Position numbers and translations under genes: made by a program. A stretch of 55,117 nucleotides of DNA from a virus, in the IMG/VR virus record IMGVR_UViG_3300020047_002759; one strand, 5' to 3'. Position 1 is the first letter of the stretch; each line of letters begins with the position of its first letter. The notes under the pieces were generated by a model, which was not told the DNA's origin, searched no databases, and saw nothing but the letters and a program-made list of their open reading frames with translations. This document shows, piece after piece, positions 32,044 to 40,807 of the stretch.

Positions 32044-32958
32044 ATGGCCGCTCCAATGCGCAGTACGGACTTTAGAAGCATCGTTGAACCAATTCTCAAC
32101 GAGTGCTTCGATGGAGTCTATGATCAACGTACCGACGAATGGTCACGAGTTTTTCGTGAGCAAGAAGGTATTCCCCGCAACTACCACGAAGAACCCGTTC
32201 TTTACGGTTTTGGTGCCGCTCCTCAGTTGCCTGACGGTTCTCCTGTCAGCTACCAACAAGGTGGCGTGCTGTTTCTGAAACGCTATGTGTACAACGTGTA
32301 TGGCCTCGCCTTCGCATTGACCAAAGTGTTGGTGGAAGACGGCGACCACATCCGCATCGGTAACGTGTATGCACGCCACTTGGCGCAATCCCTGATCGAA
32401 ACCAAAGAGACACTGTCTGCGAACGTGCTTAACCGCGCATTCAACTCAGCGTATCAAGGTGGCGACGGTGTTGCTCTGAACAGCGCATCGCATCCCATCG
32501 TGAACGGTACAACCAGCAACTTGTTGACCACCGCCGCAAACTTGTCACAGACATCGCTTGAGCAGATGTTGATTCAAGTGCGTCAGGCGATTGACAACAA
32601 CGGCAAGAAGATTCGTTTGGTGCCCCGCCAATTGGTGGTCGCCCCCGGCAACATCTTCCAAGCCGAAGTGCTGTTGAAATCTGTTCTGCGTACTGGTACA
32701 GCAAACAACGACATCAACCCTGTCAAAGCAATCGGCCTCTTGGACGAAGGCGCGGCAGTGCTGTCACGTTTGACCTCCAGCACCGCATGGTGGGTTCAGA
32801 CCGACGCGCCTGAAGGCATGAAGCTTTTGATGCGCCGTAAGCTGGAAAAAACCATGGAAGGCGACTTCGAGACTGACTCTATGCGCTACAAGGCGACAGA
32901 GCGTTACGACGTTGGCTTCACTGACTGGCGTGCCATGTACGGCACACCCGGCGTCTAA
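32044..32958 (+). CDS. Major capsid protein (HK97-fold type, putative)
   Basis: 304 aa containing 'GGDGVALNSASHPIV...IRLVPRQLVVAPGNIFQAEVLLKS...NNDINPVK...STAWWVQTD...ATERYDVGFTDWRAMYG', which is typical of phage MCPs. It is followed by a strong terminator/attenuator. Confidence 0.7.
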   Translation: MAAPMRSTDFRSIVEPILNECFDGVYDQRTDEWSRVFREQEGIPRNYHEEPVLYGFGAAPQLPDGSPVSYQQGGVLFLKRYVYNVYGLAFALTKVLVEDGDHIRIGNVYARHLAQSLIETKETLSANVLNRAFNSAYQGGDGVALNSASHPIVNGTTSNLLTTAANLSQTSLEQMLIQVRQAIDNNGKKIRLVPRQLVVAPGNIFQAEVLLKSVLRTGTANNDINPVKAIGLLDEGAAVLSRLTSSTAWWVQTDAPEGMKLLMRRKLEKTMEGDFETDSMRYKATERYDVGFTDWRAMYGTPGV

Positions 32959-32974
32959 CAGTAAACGCCAAGCA

Positions 32975-33005
32975 GGGGGGGGTCAAAAGCTCCTCCCTTT
33001 TTTTT
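32975..33005 (+). terminator. Rho-independent terminator/attenuator after the capsid gene
   Basis: GGGGGGGG-TCAAAAG-CTCCTCCC stem (with G-U pairs) is followed by T8. Confidence 0.7.
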
Positions 33006-33039
33006 AATATCTTGTCAAGCTTTTCAAGGAGAAGACAAA

Positions 33040-34017
33040 ATGCCACAATTTTCAGACGACCTATTTCTCGGTACTGCGCAGACGTTCATGGGCGTTACTC
33101 GCCAACAAAACGTAGCGACATTTACCGCATCGCAAGCAACAACCGTATTGACAGTTACCGCTGTTCTCAATGGCGTGCCACTTCAAGTTGGTATGTTCAT
33201 TAACGGTACTAGCGTCACCGCTGGAACTTTCATCACCTCTTTTGGCACAGGCCTTGGCGGCATTGGTACTTACAACGTCAACAACTCAGCTACTGCCACC
33301 ACAACAACCATGGTTGGTGGTCTTGAAGACTACTTGCCTGATCCATCGCAAATGGATTTGGGTGTTGGCCCCCTTGGCCGTGTTTACATTTGGGACACCG
33401 TTCCTGTTGTATTGAACTCGGCAAACATTGTTGCTTCTTCTGCACCTGCGGCGGCTGGTAACTTGACGTTATTGGCAACAAGTTTGTTAGGTGGCCGATA
33501 CATCGTTCGCCAAGACGGCGTTCCTGCTATTCAGCTAGACGTGCCACGCGCACTGACAATAAATACCTCTACCACTGCCCGCGCAATTACGGTCACAGGG
33601 TATGACATTTACGGTCAGGCAATGAGCGAAGTTATTACGGTGTCTGTTGCCGCAACTCCCGTGACTGGTAAAAAAGCATTTTTTCAAATCATCAGCGCTT
33701 CAATTTCGGGCTCAGCTACAGCCGTAACCGTGGGCACAAGCGATGTTTTAGGCTGTCCTATCCGCGTAACTGACTTTGGCTACATCCAGCACATTGGGTA
33801 CAACAACACGTTGGCTGATGCGGCAGGTACCTTTGTTAACGCTGACCAAGCCACCGCTACGACCACAACTGGTGATGTGCGCGGTACTTACACGCCTGCG
33901 TCCGCAACTGACGGTATCAAGCGTTTGGTTATGTCAATAGCTGTTCCTGCTATTGCCTGCGGCCCCAACGCTACCCGCTTGGGTGCGCTTGGTGTAAACC
34001 AAAACTTATCTGTCTAA
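33040..34017 (+). CDS. Virion structural protein, function unknown
   Basis: 325-aa Thr/Gly/Val/Ala-rich ORF with AAGGAG upstream. Confidence 0.7.
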   Translation: MPQFSDDLFLGTAQTFMGVTRQQNVATFTASQATTVLTVTAVLNGVPLQVGMFINGTSVTAGTFITSFGTGLGGIGTYNVNNSATATTTTMVGGLEDYLPDPSQMDLGVGPLGRVYIWDTVPVVLNSANIVASSAPAAAGNLTLLATSLLGGRYIVRQDGVPAIQLDVPRALTINTSTTARAITVTGYDIYGQAMSEVITVSVAATPVTGKKAFFQIISASISGSATAVTVGTSDVLGCPIRVTDFGYIQHIGYNNTLADAAGTFVNADQATATTTTGDVRGTYTPASATDGIKRLVMSIAVPAIACGPNATRLGALGVNQNLSV

Positions 34018-34029
34018 GGGGAGGCTGAA

Positions 34030-35973
34030 ATGGCTCAATTTAAACCAATGGTCAAGATGACCACCAACGAGCCTTCAGTTATGCTGAAGCTCAAAAAGGG
34101 TGGCAAGGTAGCAAAAGCTGACGCGGCTGAATCCAAGTTTAAGAAGATGGCTGGTGGCGGCGCAATGTCAATGTTGGGAATGACTCCAGCGTTTGTTGGC
34201 CGCCCTGCGGTTAATGCGCTTGTCAAGAGCCCCGGCAAGCCCTCAATGTCTGCACGCAAAAAGGCAATGGCGGCCAAGAAGCCCGCCAAGAAGCCTCGTA
34301 TGCCCAAAGAAATGTCAATGATGCCTCCCATGATGCCCCCCATGAAAAAGGGTGGCTCTGCCGACAAGTCTCAAGACAAAGCCATGGTCAAAAAGGCTTT
34401 CAAACAGCACGACATGCAAGAGCACAAAGGCGGCAAAGGCACCAAGCTGTCCCTTAAAAAGGGCGGTCAAACCTACGCTGACGGCGGTTCAGTAAGCCAC
34501 AGTCCTATGTCTACCCCTGCAAATGCAAAGCCACCTACCGCTAATCGTGGTGTTGGTGAGTATGTGCAGACAGCCATGCGCACGGCAAAGAACAACCCCA
34601 AAGGTTACGCCTATGGCGGTTCTGTCAAAACAGTTGTGATGTCGACTGACAAGAAAAGGGGCAACAACGGTTTTGCAACTGGTGGTGTTGCCATGAGTAA
34701 CGCTGGTGGCTACAAAAAAGGCGGCAAACCCAAAAAAATGGCGATGGGTGGTATTGGTCAACGACCCCTAACAGCGGAAGAACTGAATCGGAAAGATCCG
34801 AATCCCGGAGCTATACGTACTAATCCATTAATGGAAAAAGTGAAGTTACAGATAGCGGGTCTTAATGACCCCGACCGTGGTGGCGGCAATAGACCTAGAC
34901 CTCGCCTTCCACTTATTAATACCGACCCTGATGGCGGCAATAGACCTAAACCTCGCACCACCAAACCTCTACTTATTAATGATGATAATGACCCCGATCG
35001 TCGTGGCGGCAATAGACCTAGACCACAGACAATTGACCTGTCTTCCATGCACAATGACCCCGATCGTCGTGGCGGCAATAAACCCCGCACACCACTGCCA
35101 CAAGCTATTGATATGCCAAAGCCTAATATGCCAAACCGTACACCACGGCCACAGGCTATTGATATGCCAAGGCCCAATATGCCCATGAAAAAAGGCGGCA
35201 AGGCCATGATGATGGGCGGTTACGCAACTGGTGGCGTTCCTATGTCCAATGCTGGAGGCTACAAAAAGGGGGGCAAAACCTCAAAAAAAGCTTACGCGAC
35301 GGGGGGAACTGTTAACACAGGCAAGCCCGTCGCGATGCAAGAGGGCAACAAGCCTATTCCAGCACCCAAGCGCCAGCAAAACTTCAGCGGCACCTACAAA
35401 AATGGCGGTGAAGTAGAAAAGATGGCTATGGGTGGACGAATGGGTCAAAAGCCTGCCCAAACAATTCGCACTGCGCCCATCGGTAGCTCACAAGCTACAA
35501 GGGATTTCTTTGCCAGCAAGGGCAAGCGCCCTAGCTACAAAGATGGCGGCAAGGTGCCCAAGATGCTTGGTGGCGGCATATTGACCCGAGCGGTAGCGGC
35601 GGGTAAAAACCCTGCTCGTGCGCCAACGGGTGGCGGCGTTATTGCTAGAGCCACGCAAGCAATGCAAAAAATGCCCAAGCAATCCCCTTCAACAGGAAAC
35701 GGCATTATTGCTAGAGCCATGCAAACCATGGGCCCTAGCAACCGAACTATGAGTCCTAAAGTAATTGCTGAGACGCAAATGCTATTGGAAAGGCAAGCCG
35801 CCGACAGGAAACGACGCGGATTAAAAGATGGCGGCGGCGTAGAAAACAAAAGCTTGGTGAAAATTAACAAAGCCCAAAATGCTCCTGCGGTAAAAGCAAG
35901 CAAGGCTGACACTAATTTAAAGTATCCTGAGACCATGAACAGTCCTCAAAAGACGCCAAAACTGAAGTGTTAA
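34030..35973 (+). CDS. Hyper-basic Lys/Arg/Pro/Gly/Met-rich repeat protein (putative internal core / DNA-associated protein)
   Basis: 647 aa with more than 20 GG dipeptides in the contexts 'LKKGGK', 'MKKGGS', 'YKKGGKPKKMAMGG', 'YKNGGEVEKMAMGG' and 'YKDGGKVPKMLGGG'. It also carries tandem 'DPDR(R)GGN(R/K)PRP' repeats. Confidence 0.75.
   Translation: MAQFKPMVKMTTNEPSVMLKLKKGGKVAKADAAESKFKKMAGGGAMSMLGMTPAFVGRPAVNALVKSPGKPSMSARKKAMAAKKPAKKPRMPKEMSMMPPMMPPMKKGGSADKSQDKAMVKKAFKQHDMQEHKGGKGTKLSLKKGGQTYADGGSVSHSPMSTPANAKPPTANRGVGEYVQTAMRTAKNNPKGYAYGGSVKTVVMSTDKKRGNNGFATGGVAMSNAGGYKKGGKPKKMAMGGIGQRPLTAEELNRKDPNPGAIRTNPLMEKVKLQIAGLNDPDRGGGNRPRPRLPLINTDPDGGNRPKPRTTKPLLINDDNDPDRRGGNRPRPQTIDLSSMHNDPDRRGGNKPRTPLPQAIDMPKPNMPNRTPRPQAIDMPRPNMPMKKGGKAMMMGGYATGGVPMSNAGGYKKGGKTSKKAYATGGTVNTGKPVAMQEGNKPIPAPKRQQNFSGTYKNGGEVEKMAMGGRMGQKPAQTIRTAPIGSSQATRDFFASKGKRPSYKDGGKVPKMLGGGILTRAVAAGKNPARAPTGGGVIARATQAMQKMPKQSPSTGNGIIARAMQTMGPSNRTMSPKVIAETQMLLERQAADRKRRGLKDGGGVENKSLVKINKAQNAPAVKASKADTNLKYPETMNSPQKTPKLKC
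34864..35190 (+). repeat. Imperfect in-frame tandem repeats: 4x 'N(D/T)DPD(RR)GGN(R/K)P(R/K)P...' then 2x 'PQAIDMP(K/R)PNMP'
   Basis: 'aatgaccccgatcgtcgtggcggcaatagacctagacc' and its variants recur, and 'caagctattgatatgccaaagcctaatatgcc' occurs twice. Confidence 0.8.
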
Positions 35974-35978
35974 AACCT

Positions 35979-36004
35979 GCAAGGGCTTCGGCCCTTGCTT
36001 TTTT
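35979..36004 (+). terminator. Rho-independent terminator/attenuator
   Basis: GCAAGGGC-TTCG-GCCCTTGC is followed by T6. Confidence 0.8.
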
Positions 36005-36015
36005 AGAGGTGAATT

Positions 36016-38649
36016 ATGTCTGTACAAGTTGCTCAACCGTATCCCGATACCCGTGGAAATATCCAAGGCGACGTTGAAAACGCCGCTCGTTCACACGCAT
36101 ATGATGGCGTTGACAAGCTACGCATATCAGCACCCCAATCTTTAATTGATACCGACTTTGAATATGGCGTACAGCCAACAAAGTGGGAAACAATCCAAAT
36201 GCAAAACAATCGGCAGAGCATGTACTATGACGCTCAGGTGCCAGTTCCAATTGTTGCGGCAACAGGTATTACATCCGATAACGCATCACCACGCTCATTG
36301 ATTACTGTCTTTACAACCGCAACAAACTTAGCGGTTGCTCAGCCAATATACATTCAAGATGCTTTGAATGTTTTACTCAACGGTTGGTATTACATAGAAT
36401 CATTTTCAAGTGGCGTAAGCTTTACGTACCGCGCCGCAGGGCAAGTGGCAACTGGCACAAACTATTTCAACCCAGCAAACACCTATGCGTATGCAGGTCA
36501 GTTTTACAGCAACGGTGGTTTTAAATTAGCCGCATCGGCTTTTACTTTTTCAGGCACAACCATTACCGTTACAACCGTTGACCCACATGGCATGAGCGCG
36601 AATAGCCAAATTTATGTTACTGGCTTAACTGGCGGCACGCCTGCTCCAAATGGCGCGTTTGTCCTCACCACTGCGCCGACAAACAACACGTTTTCATACA
36701 CGGCAATCACAGCGCCAACGGTGGCAATTGTCAATACCGTTGGAAACACAAACATATTTGCTCGTCCCGCTGGCAATGTGATACCACGCCCATTTGATGG
36801 TGGTGTTTCATTTACCGCTGGTGCAAACGTGCCAAACGCGCAAATCATTCGTCAAACACGCCGATACTTCCGCTACCAGTCAGGCAAGGCAATCCAGTTT
36901 TCAACTGGATCATCCATGGCCCCAGTGGTGCAAGTTAGCACCATGACGTCAAGCGGAACCCTCATTACAACCGCAACTGTACAGGCTCACAATCTTGCTG
37001 TTGGCACAATTATTAAAGTGGCCAATGCGGTTCAGGCTGAATACAACGGCACTTTTACAATTCTCACAACGCCCACAATAAACACGATGACATATCGTGC
37101 TACTACAACCCCATCAGCGGCAACAGCAACCACCCTGACAGAATTTCGATTAAATCCTTTTCAATGGTATGGAAGCGTAAACCGCGTTGGCATTTTTGAT
37201 TTGCAAAATGGTTTGTTCTTTGAATATGATGGAAGAACGCTATTTTGTGTGCGTAGGTCAAGCACAACCCAGTTGCAGGGCACTGTTCAAGTAACCCAAG
37301 GCAGTGGCTTAGTCACGGGACTGGGAACCGCATTTGCAACTCAACTCAACACGCGAGACTATATTGTCATTCGCGGTCAATCGTACCGTGTTTTAAATAT
37401 TGCAAGCGATACACAGTTGTATATCTCACCTGAATACCGTGGAGCAACCTACGTAGGATCTACTGTTGGTGGCTTTGTTGTTTCAAGAACAATTGATACA
37501 AGGGTTCCTCAGTCAGGGTGGTGGGATCCATGCAATGGAACTGGTCAATCAGGCTACAACCTTGACATAACCCGCATGCAGATGTGGTACCTTGATTTTT
37601 CTTGGTACGGTGCTGGCGTTGCTAGGTTTGGCTTTAGAGCCACTGGTGGCGCAATTACTTACGTCTATGGTTACGTTCACAACAACACAGAGTATCAAGC
37701 CTACATGCGGTCAGGAAACTTGCCTGCCCACTATGAGGTTGATGGCTTGTTGCCTGACACGCAAATCACCGCAACCTATGACAACACTCAAATTGTTGGG
37801 TCAAGCTTGTCTGTTTTAAGCACTGCGGGCTTCCCCCCAAGCGGAAGCATTCGCGTTCAACAAGCTGGTAACGGCGGCTCAGCGGAAGTTATGACATATT
37901 CGCTTTTAACGCCTACAACATTTGTGATCAGCGGAAGAGCGCAAACAGGCGCTTCACTGACCAACCAAAGCTTTACCTTTAGCTCAACGGCAATTTGTTC
38001 AGTTGAATACGTCTCCCCTGATACCGCTGTTGCGTTGAGCCATTGGGGCTCTTCGGTGATCATGGATGGAAGATTCGATGATGATAAATCACTGATTTTT
38101 AACTTTGGTTCTTTTGCAACCATTTCCATCCCCGGTGGCGCAACCGTGCCTATTCTTGCTTTACGCATAGCCCCATCGGTTGACAGCGGTCAAACTGGAA
38201 CATTTGGCAACAAGGAAATTGTGAACCACATGCAATTACAGCCCGTTTCTCTTGGTTTAATTACCAGCGGGCCGTTTTTGATTCAATTGACATTGAACGC
38301 CTTTACAACTAACTTTTCAGGCTCATTTGTTTCTCCCACAATTGGTTCGCAAGTCTCATCTTCGCTGGCTCAAGTTGCTTTGAACACACTCAACACCGCA
38401 ACGATTACGGGTGGAGAATCAGCCGCCGCCGCGTACACCAACACCAACGGTGAAACATCGCTTGATTTGTCACAGGTGCGCGATTTAGGTAACTCAATAT
38501 TGGGCGGTGGTTTGGTGAACACTGTTCCAAACTCGCGTGCAAACGTGTTTCCTGACGGCCCTGATATTTTGTACATTGCGGCCACAAACACCACTGCTGG
38601 CGCGTTGAACTTGCTGGCGCGTTTGTCTTGGAAAGAGTCACAAGCTTAA
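36016..38649 (+). CDS. Large virion structural protein (tail hub/nozzle or receptor-binding candidate), function unknown
   Basis: 877 aa with AGAGGTG upstream. Small beta-domain motifs recur ('IYVTGLTGGTPAPNGAFVLTTAPTNNTFSYTAI', 'IIKVANAVQAEYNGTFTILTTPTINTMTYRATT'), and there is a jelly-roll-like core ('VGIFDLQNGLFFEYDGRTLFCV...WYLDFSWYGAGVARFGF'). Confidence 0.75.
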   Translation: MSVQVAQPYPDTRGNIQGDVENAARSHAYDGVDKLRISAPQSLIDTDFEYGVQPTKWETIQMQNNRQSMYYDAQVPVPIVAATGITSDNASPRSLITVFTTATNLAVAQPIYIQDALNVLLNGWYYIESFSSGVSFTYRAAGQVATGTNYFNPANTYAYAGQFYSNGGFKLAASAFTFSGTTITVTTVDPHGMSANSQIYVTGLTGGTPAPNGAFVLTTAPTNNTFSYTAITAPTVAIVNTVGNTNIFARPAGNVIPRPFDGGVSFTAGANVPNAQIIRQTRRYFRYQSGKAIQFSTGSSMAPVVQVSTMTSSGTLITTATVQAHNLAVGTIIKVANAVQAEYNGTFTILTTPTINTMTYRATTTPSAATATTLTEFRLNPFQWYGSVNRVGIFDLQNGLFFEYDGRTLFCVRRSSTTQLQGTVQVTQGSGLVTGLGTAFATQLNTRDYIVIRGQSYRVLNIASDTQLYISPEYRGATYVGSTVGGFVVSRTIDTRVPQSGWWDPCNGTGQSGYNLDITRMQMWYLDFSWYGAGVARFGFRATGGAITYVYGYVHNNTEYQAYMRSGNLPAHYEVDGLLPDTQITATYDNTQIVGSSLSVLSTAGFPPSGSIRVQQAGNGGSAEVMTYSLLTPTTFVISGRAQTGASLTNQSFTFSSTAICSVEYVSPDTAVALSHWGSSVIMDGRFDDDKSLIFNFGSFATISIPGGATVPILALRIAPSVDSGQTGTFGNKEIVNHMQLQPVSLGLITSGPFLIQLTLNAFTTNFSGSFVSPTIGSQVSSSLAQVALNTLNTATITGGESAAAAYTNTNGETSLDLSQVRDLGNSILGGGLVNTVPNSRANVFPDGPDILYIAATNTTAGALNLLARLSWKESQA

Positions 38650-38658
38650 GGAAAAATC

Positions 38659-39054
38659 ATGGCCAAAAGGGGACTTTATGCAAACATTAATGCAAAACGC
38701 GAAAGAATTGCTGATGGATCAGGCGAGAAAATGCGCAAAGTTGGTAGCAAAGGTGCTCCAACTCGCAAAGACTTTGTTGAGTCAGCTAAGACAGCCAAAA
38801 TGAAAGAAGGCGGCCCAAGCCTTGCTGTTGGTCGAGGTGAGAAACTTTCAACCAAGCAAGGTGCGGGGCTTACCCAAAAAGGGCGCGACAAATACAATCG
38901 TGAAACTGGATCCAATCTGAAGGCCCCACAACCCAAGGGTGGCTCAAGAAAAGATTCTTTTTGCGCACGCATGAGTGGTGTTGTTGAGCACGCAAAAGGC
39001 GACGCGCCACGCGCTAAAGCATCGTTAAAGCGCTGGAACTGTCCTAACTGGTAA
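38659..39054 (+). CDS. Small basic virion protein
   Basis: 131 aa containing 'GLYANINAKRERIADGSGEKMRKVGSKGAPT' and 'KMKEGGPSLAVG'. The C-terminus is 'KRWNCPNW'. Confidence 0.65.
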   Translation: MAKRGLYANINAKRERIADGSGEKMRKVGSKGAPTRKDFVESAKTAKMKEGGPSLAVGRGEKLSTKQGAGLTQKGRDKYNRETGSNLKAPQPKGGSRKDSFCARMSGVVEHAKGDAPRAKASLKRWNCPNW

Positions 39055-39064
39055 AGGAAAAATC

Positions 39065-39442
39065 ATGAGTACACCAAAACCAAATGCCACGCCCGAAGAT
39101 ATGGCCGAACTTTACAAACTTAATGAAAAGTTGTATGGAAGCAAGACAAAGCCATTGCCACAAACGCCAATAAAGCCATCGCCGCCTCGTACAACGCTAC
39201 CTAAGACAATAAAGCCATCGCCACCTTATCCATCGCCACCTTATCCATCGCCGCCTAGGCCATCGCCGCCTAGGCCACCTCGGTCAACGCCAATCCCACC
39301 GAAATTAAATCCACCACCACCAAGGCAACGGGGCGGTGAGCCATTAAGACCACCTCAGGTTGGAATGAAAAAAGGCGGGAGCATTAACTTGGCTAATTGC
39401 AAAATAACCACTGCAAAGAAAAATTCCAACTCACGGTTTTAA
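39065..39442 (+). CDS. Small proline-rich virion protein with a C-terminal MKKGG motif
   Basis: 125 aa containing 'KPSPPYPSPPYPSPPRPSPPRPPRSTPIPPKLNPPPP' followed by 'VGMKKGGSINL'. Confidence 0.6.
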   Translation: MSTPKPNATPEDMAELYKLNEKLYGSKTKPLPQTPIKPSPPRTTLPKTIKPSPPYPSPPYPSPPRPSPPRPPRSTPIPPKLNPPPPRQRGGEPLRPPQVGMKKGGSINLANCKITTAKKNSNSRF

Positions 39443-39445
39443 AAC

Positions 39446-40519
39446 ATGGCTTACTCAGGAACTGTTGGAACCACCGTAATCGACGTACAGACCCTGATTG
39501 ACCATGGGGCGCGTCGGTGCGGCAAATTGGCTGAGGAACTGACCTCTGAGCAGGTTCAGTCTGCCCGAGAGTCCCTGTACTTTTTCCTGAGCCACCTGAT
39601 AAACCGAGGCATCCAGTATTGGTGCATCAGCAAGGTGGTTATTGGGCTCAAGGCAAACGAGTACATCTACAGCCTGCCGCTTGGCGCTGTGGACGCCCTG
39701 AACGTGCTGTACAGGACTATGACTAGGCCAACTGGCACCTATAGCTCCTCGGCTGGCGGCATTGCCGCAAACGCCTTTGATGAGGACATAGAGACTTTCT
39801 GTTTGCAAACATCAGCGGCGGGCAACATTGCAATTGATTACGGTCTCAGCGACCCCTACTACATTGGCTCAATTGGCTTCATGCCATACGTGGCGGGCGG
39901 GGGATCACAGACGATAAATTACGTTTTTGAAAGCTCATTGGATGGAATAACGTGGACTACGCTGTACACGGGAACCTCGGTTGTGGTGACAGATAAGCAG
40001 TGGGTGTGGCAGGACATTGACCCGGGAGCCTCTGTCTCCTACTACCGCATGCGTGCCACTGGAGCCACCATTTTGGCCTTGCGAGAGCTTTACTTTGGCA
40101 CAAGCTCCCTCGAAGTTCAAATGTCTCGCCTCAACCGCGACGACTACACCAACCTGCCAAACAAGAATTTCACCGCCAATCAGCCCTTTCAGTTTTGGTT
40201 TGATCGCACCATTCCGCTCCCACAAATGCACGTATGGCCTGTTCCAAGTACCAACTTTGTGCAGGCAACGGTATGGTATTCGCGTCAAATCATGGACGTT
40301 GGCCAGCTTTATGGCGAGGTGGAAATACCCCAACGGTGGTATGAGGCAGTCCTGATGAATTTGTCGCACCGCATGTCCATGGAAATGCCAAACGTCGACA
40401 TGGCGCGTACCCAGTACCTCGAGACCCAAGCCGCTCGATATCAGCTTGAAGCGGAGCAAGAAGAGAGGGATAATTCACCCATATATTGGGCTCCCAACAT
40501 TTCGGTCTACACAAGGTAA
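39446..40519 (+). CDS. Adaptor/tail-hub-like structural protein with an inserted discoidin (F5/8 type C, galactose-binding-like) domain
   Basis: The ends resemble podoviral adaptor proteins ('SRLNRDDYTNLPNKNFTANQPFQFWFDR...MHVWPVP...IPQRWYEAVLMNLSHRM'). The centre, 'NAFDEDIETFCLQ...NIAIDYG...YVFESSLDGITWTTLY...YYRMRATG...LRELYFG', looks like a discoidin domain. Confidence 0.5.
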   Translation: MAYSGTVGTTVIDVQTLIDHGARRCGKLAEELTSEQVQSARESLYFFLSHLINRGIQYWCISKVVIGLKANEYIYSLPLGAVDALNVLYRTMTRPTGTYSSSAGGIAANAFDEDIETFCLQTSAAGNIAIDYGLSDPYYIGSIGFMPYVAGGGSQTINYVFESSLDGITWTTLYTGTSVVVTDKQWVWQDIDPGASVSYYRMRATGATILALRELYFGTSSLEVQMSRLNRDDYTNLPNKNFTANQPFQFWFDRTIPLPQMHVWPVPSTNFVQATVWYSRQIMDVGQLYGEVEIPQRWYEAVLMNLSHRMSMEMPNVDMARTQYLETQAARYQLEAEQEERDNSPIYWAPNISVYTR

Positions 40520-40522
40520 CGC

Positions 40523-40798
40523 ATGCCAGTCTTCCTAAACACCGAAGGGCTTACAACGCTTGCAATCGCTGTTTGCGATAGATGCAAGATGAAGCGTGCT
40601 TTGGTGCAGTTGCAGAGCGACCCAAACTTCCCCGGGCTCCGCGTCTGCGACCAAGGTTGTCAAGACGAGCTAGACCCCTACCGCCAAGCCGCCCGACAAA
40701 CCGAGCGCATCAATCTTCGTTTTCCGCGACCTGATAGCACATTGACCCAAGTCGATAATCAGTCTCCCGATTACGAGGGCAAATACGGCCCCACCTAA
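40523..40798 (+). CDS. Small Cys-rich (zinc-ribbon-like) tail-module protein
   Basis: 91 aa containing 'CDRCKMK...PGLRVCDQGCQDELDP'. Confidence 0.6.
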   Translation: MPVFLNTEGLTTLAIAVCDRCKMKRALVQLQSDPNFPGLRVCDQGCQDELDPYRQAARQTERINLRFPRPDSTLTQVDNQSPDYEGKYGPT

Positions 40799-40807
40799 AG
40801 GAAAAAC

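Noticed and set aside
34758-35207. 149-aa minus-strand ORF opposite the basic repeat region
   Set aside because: It is an antisense shadow of the DPDRRGGNRPRP repeats (a Gly/Arg/Ser/Leu-rich, repetitive translation).
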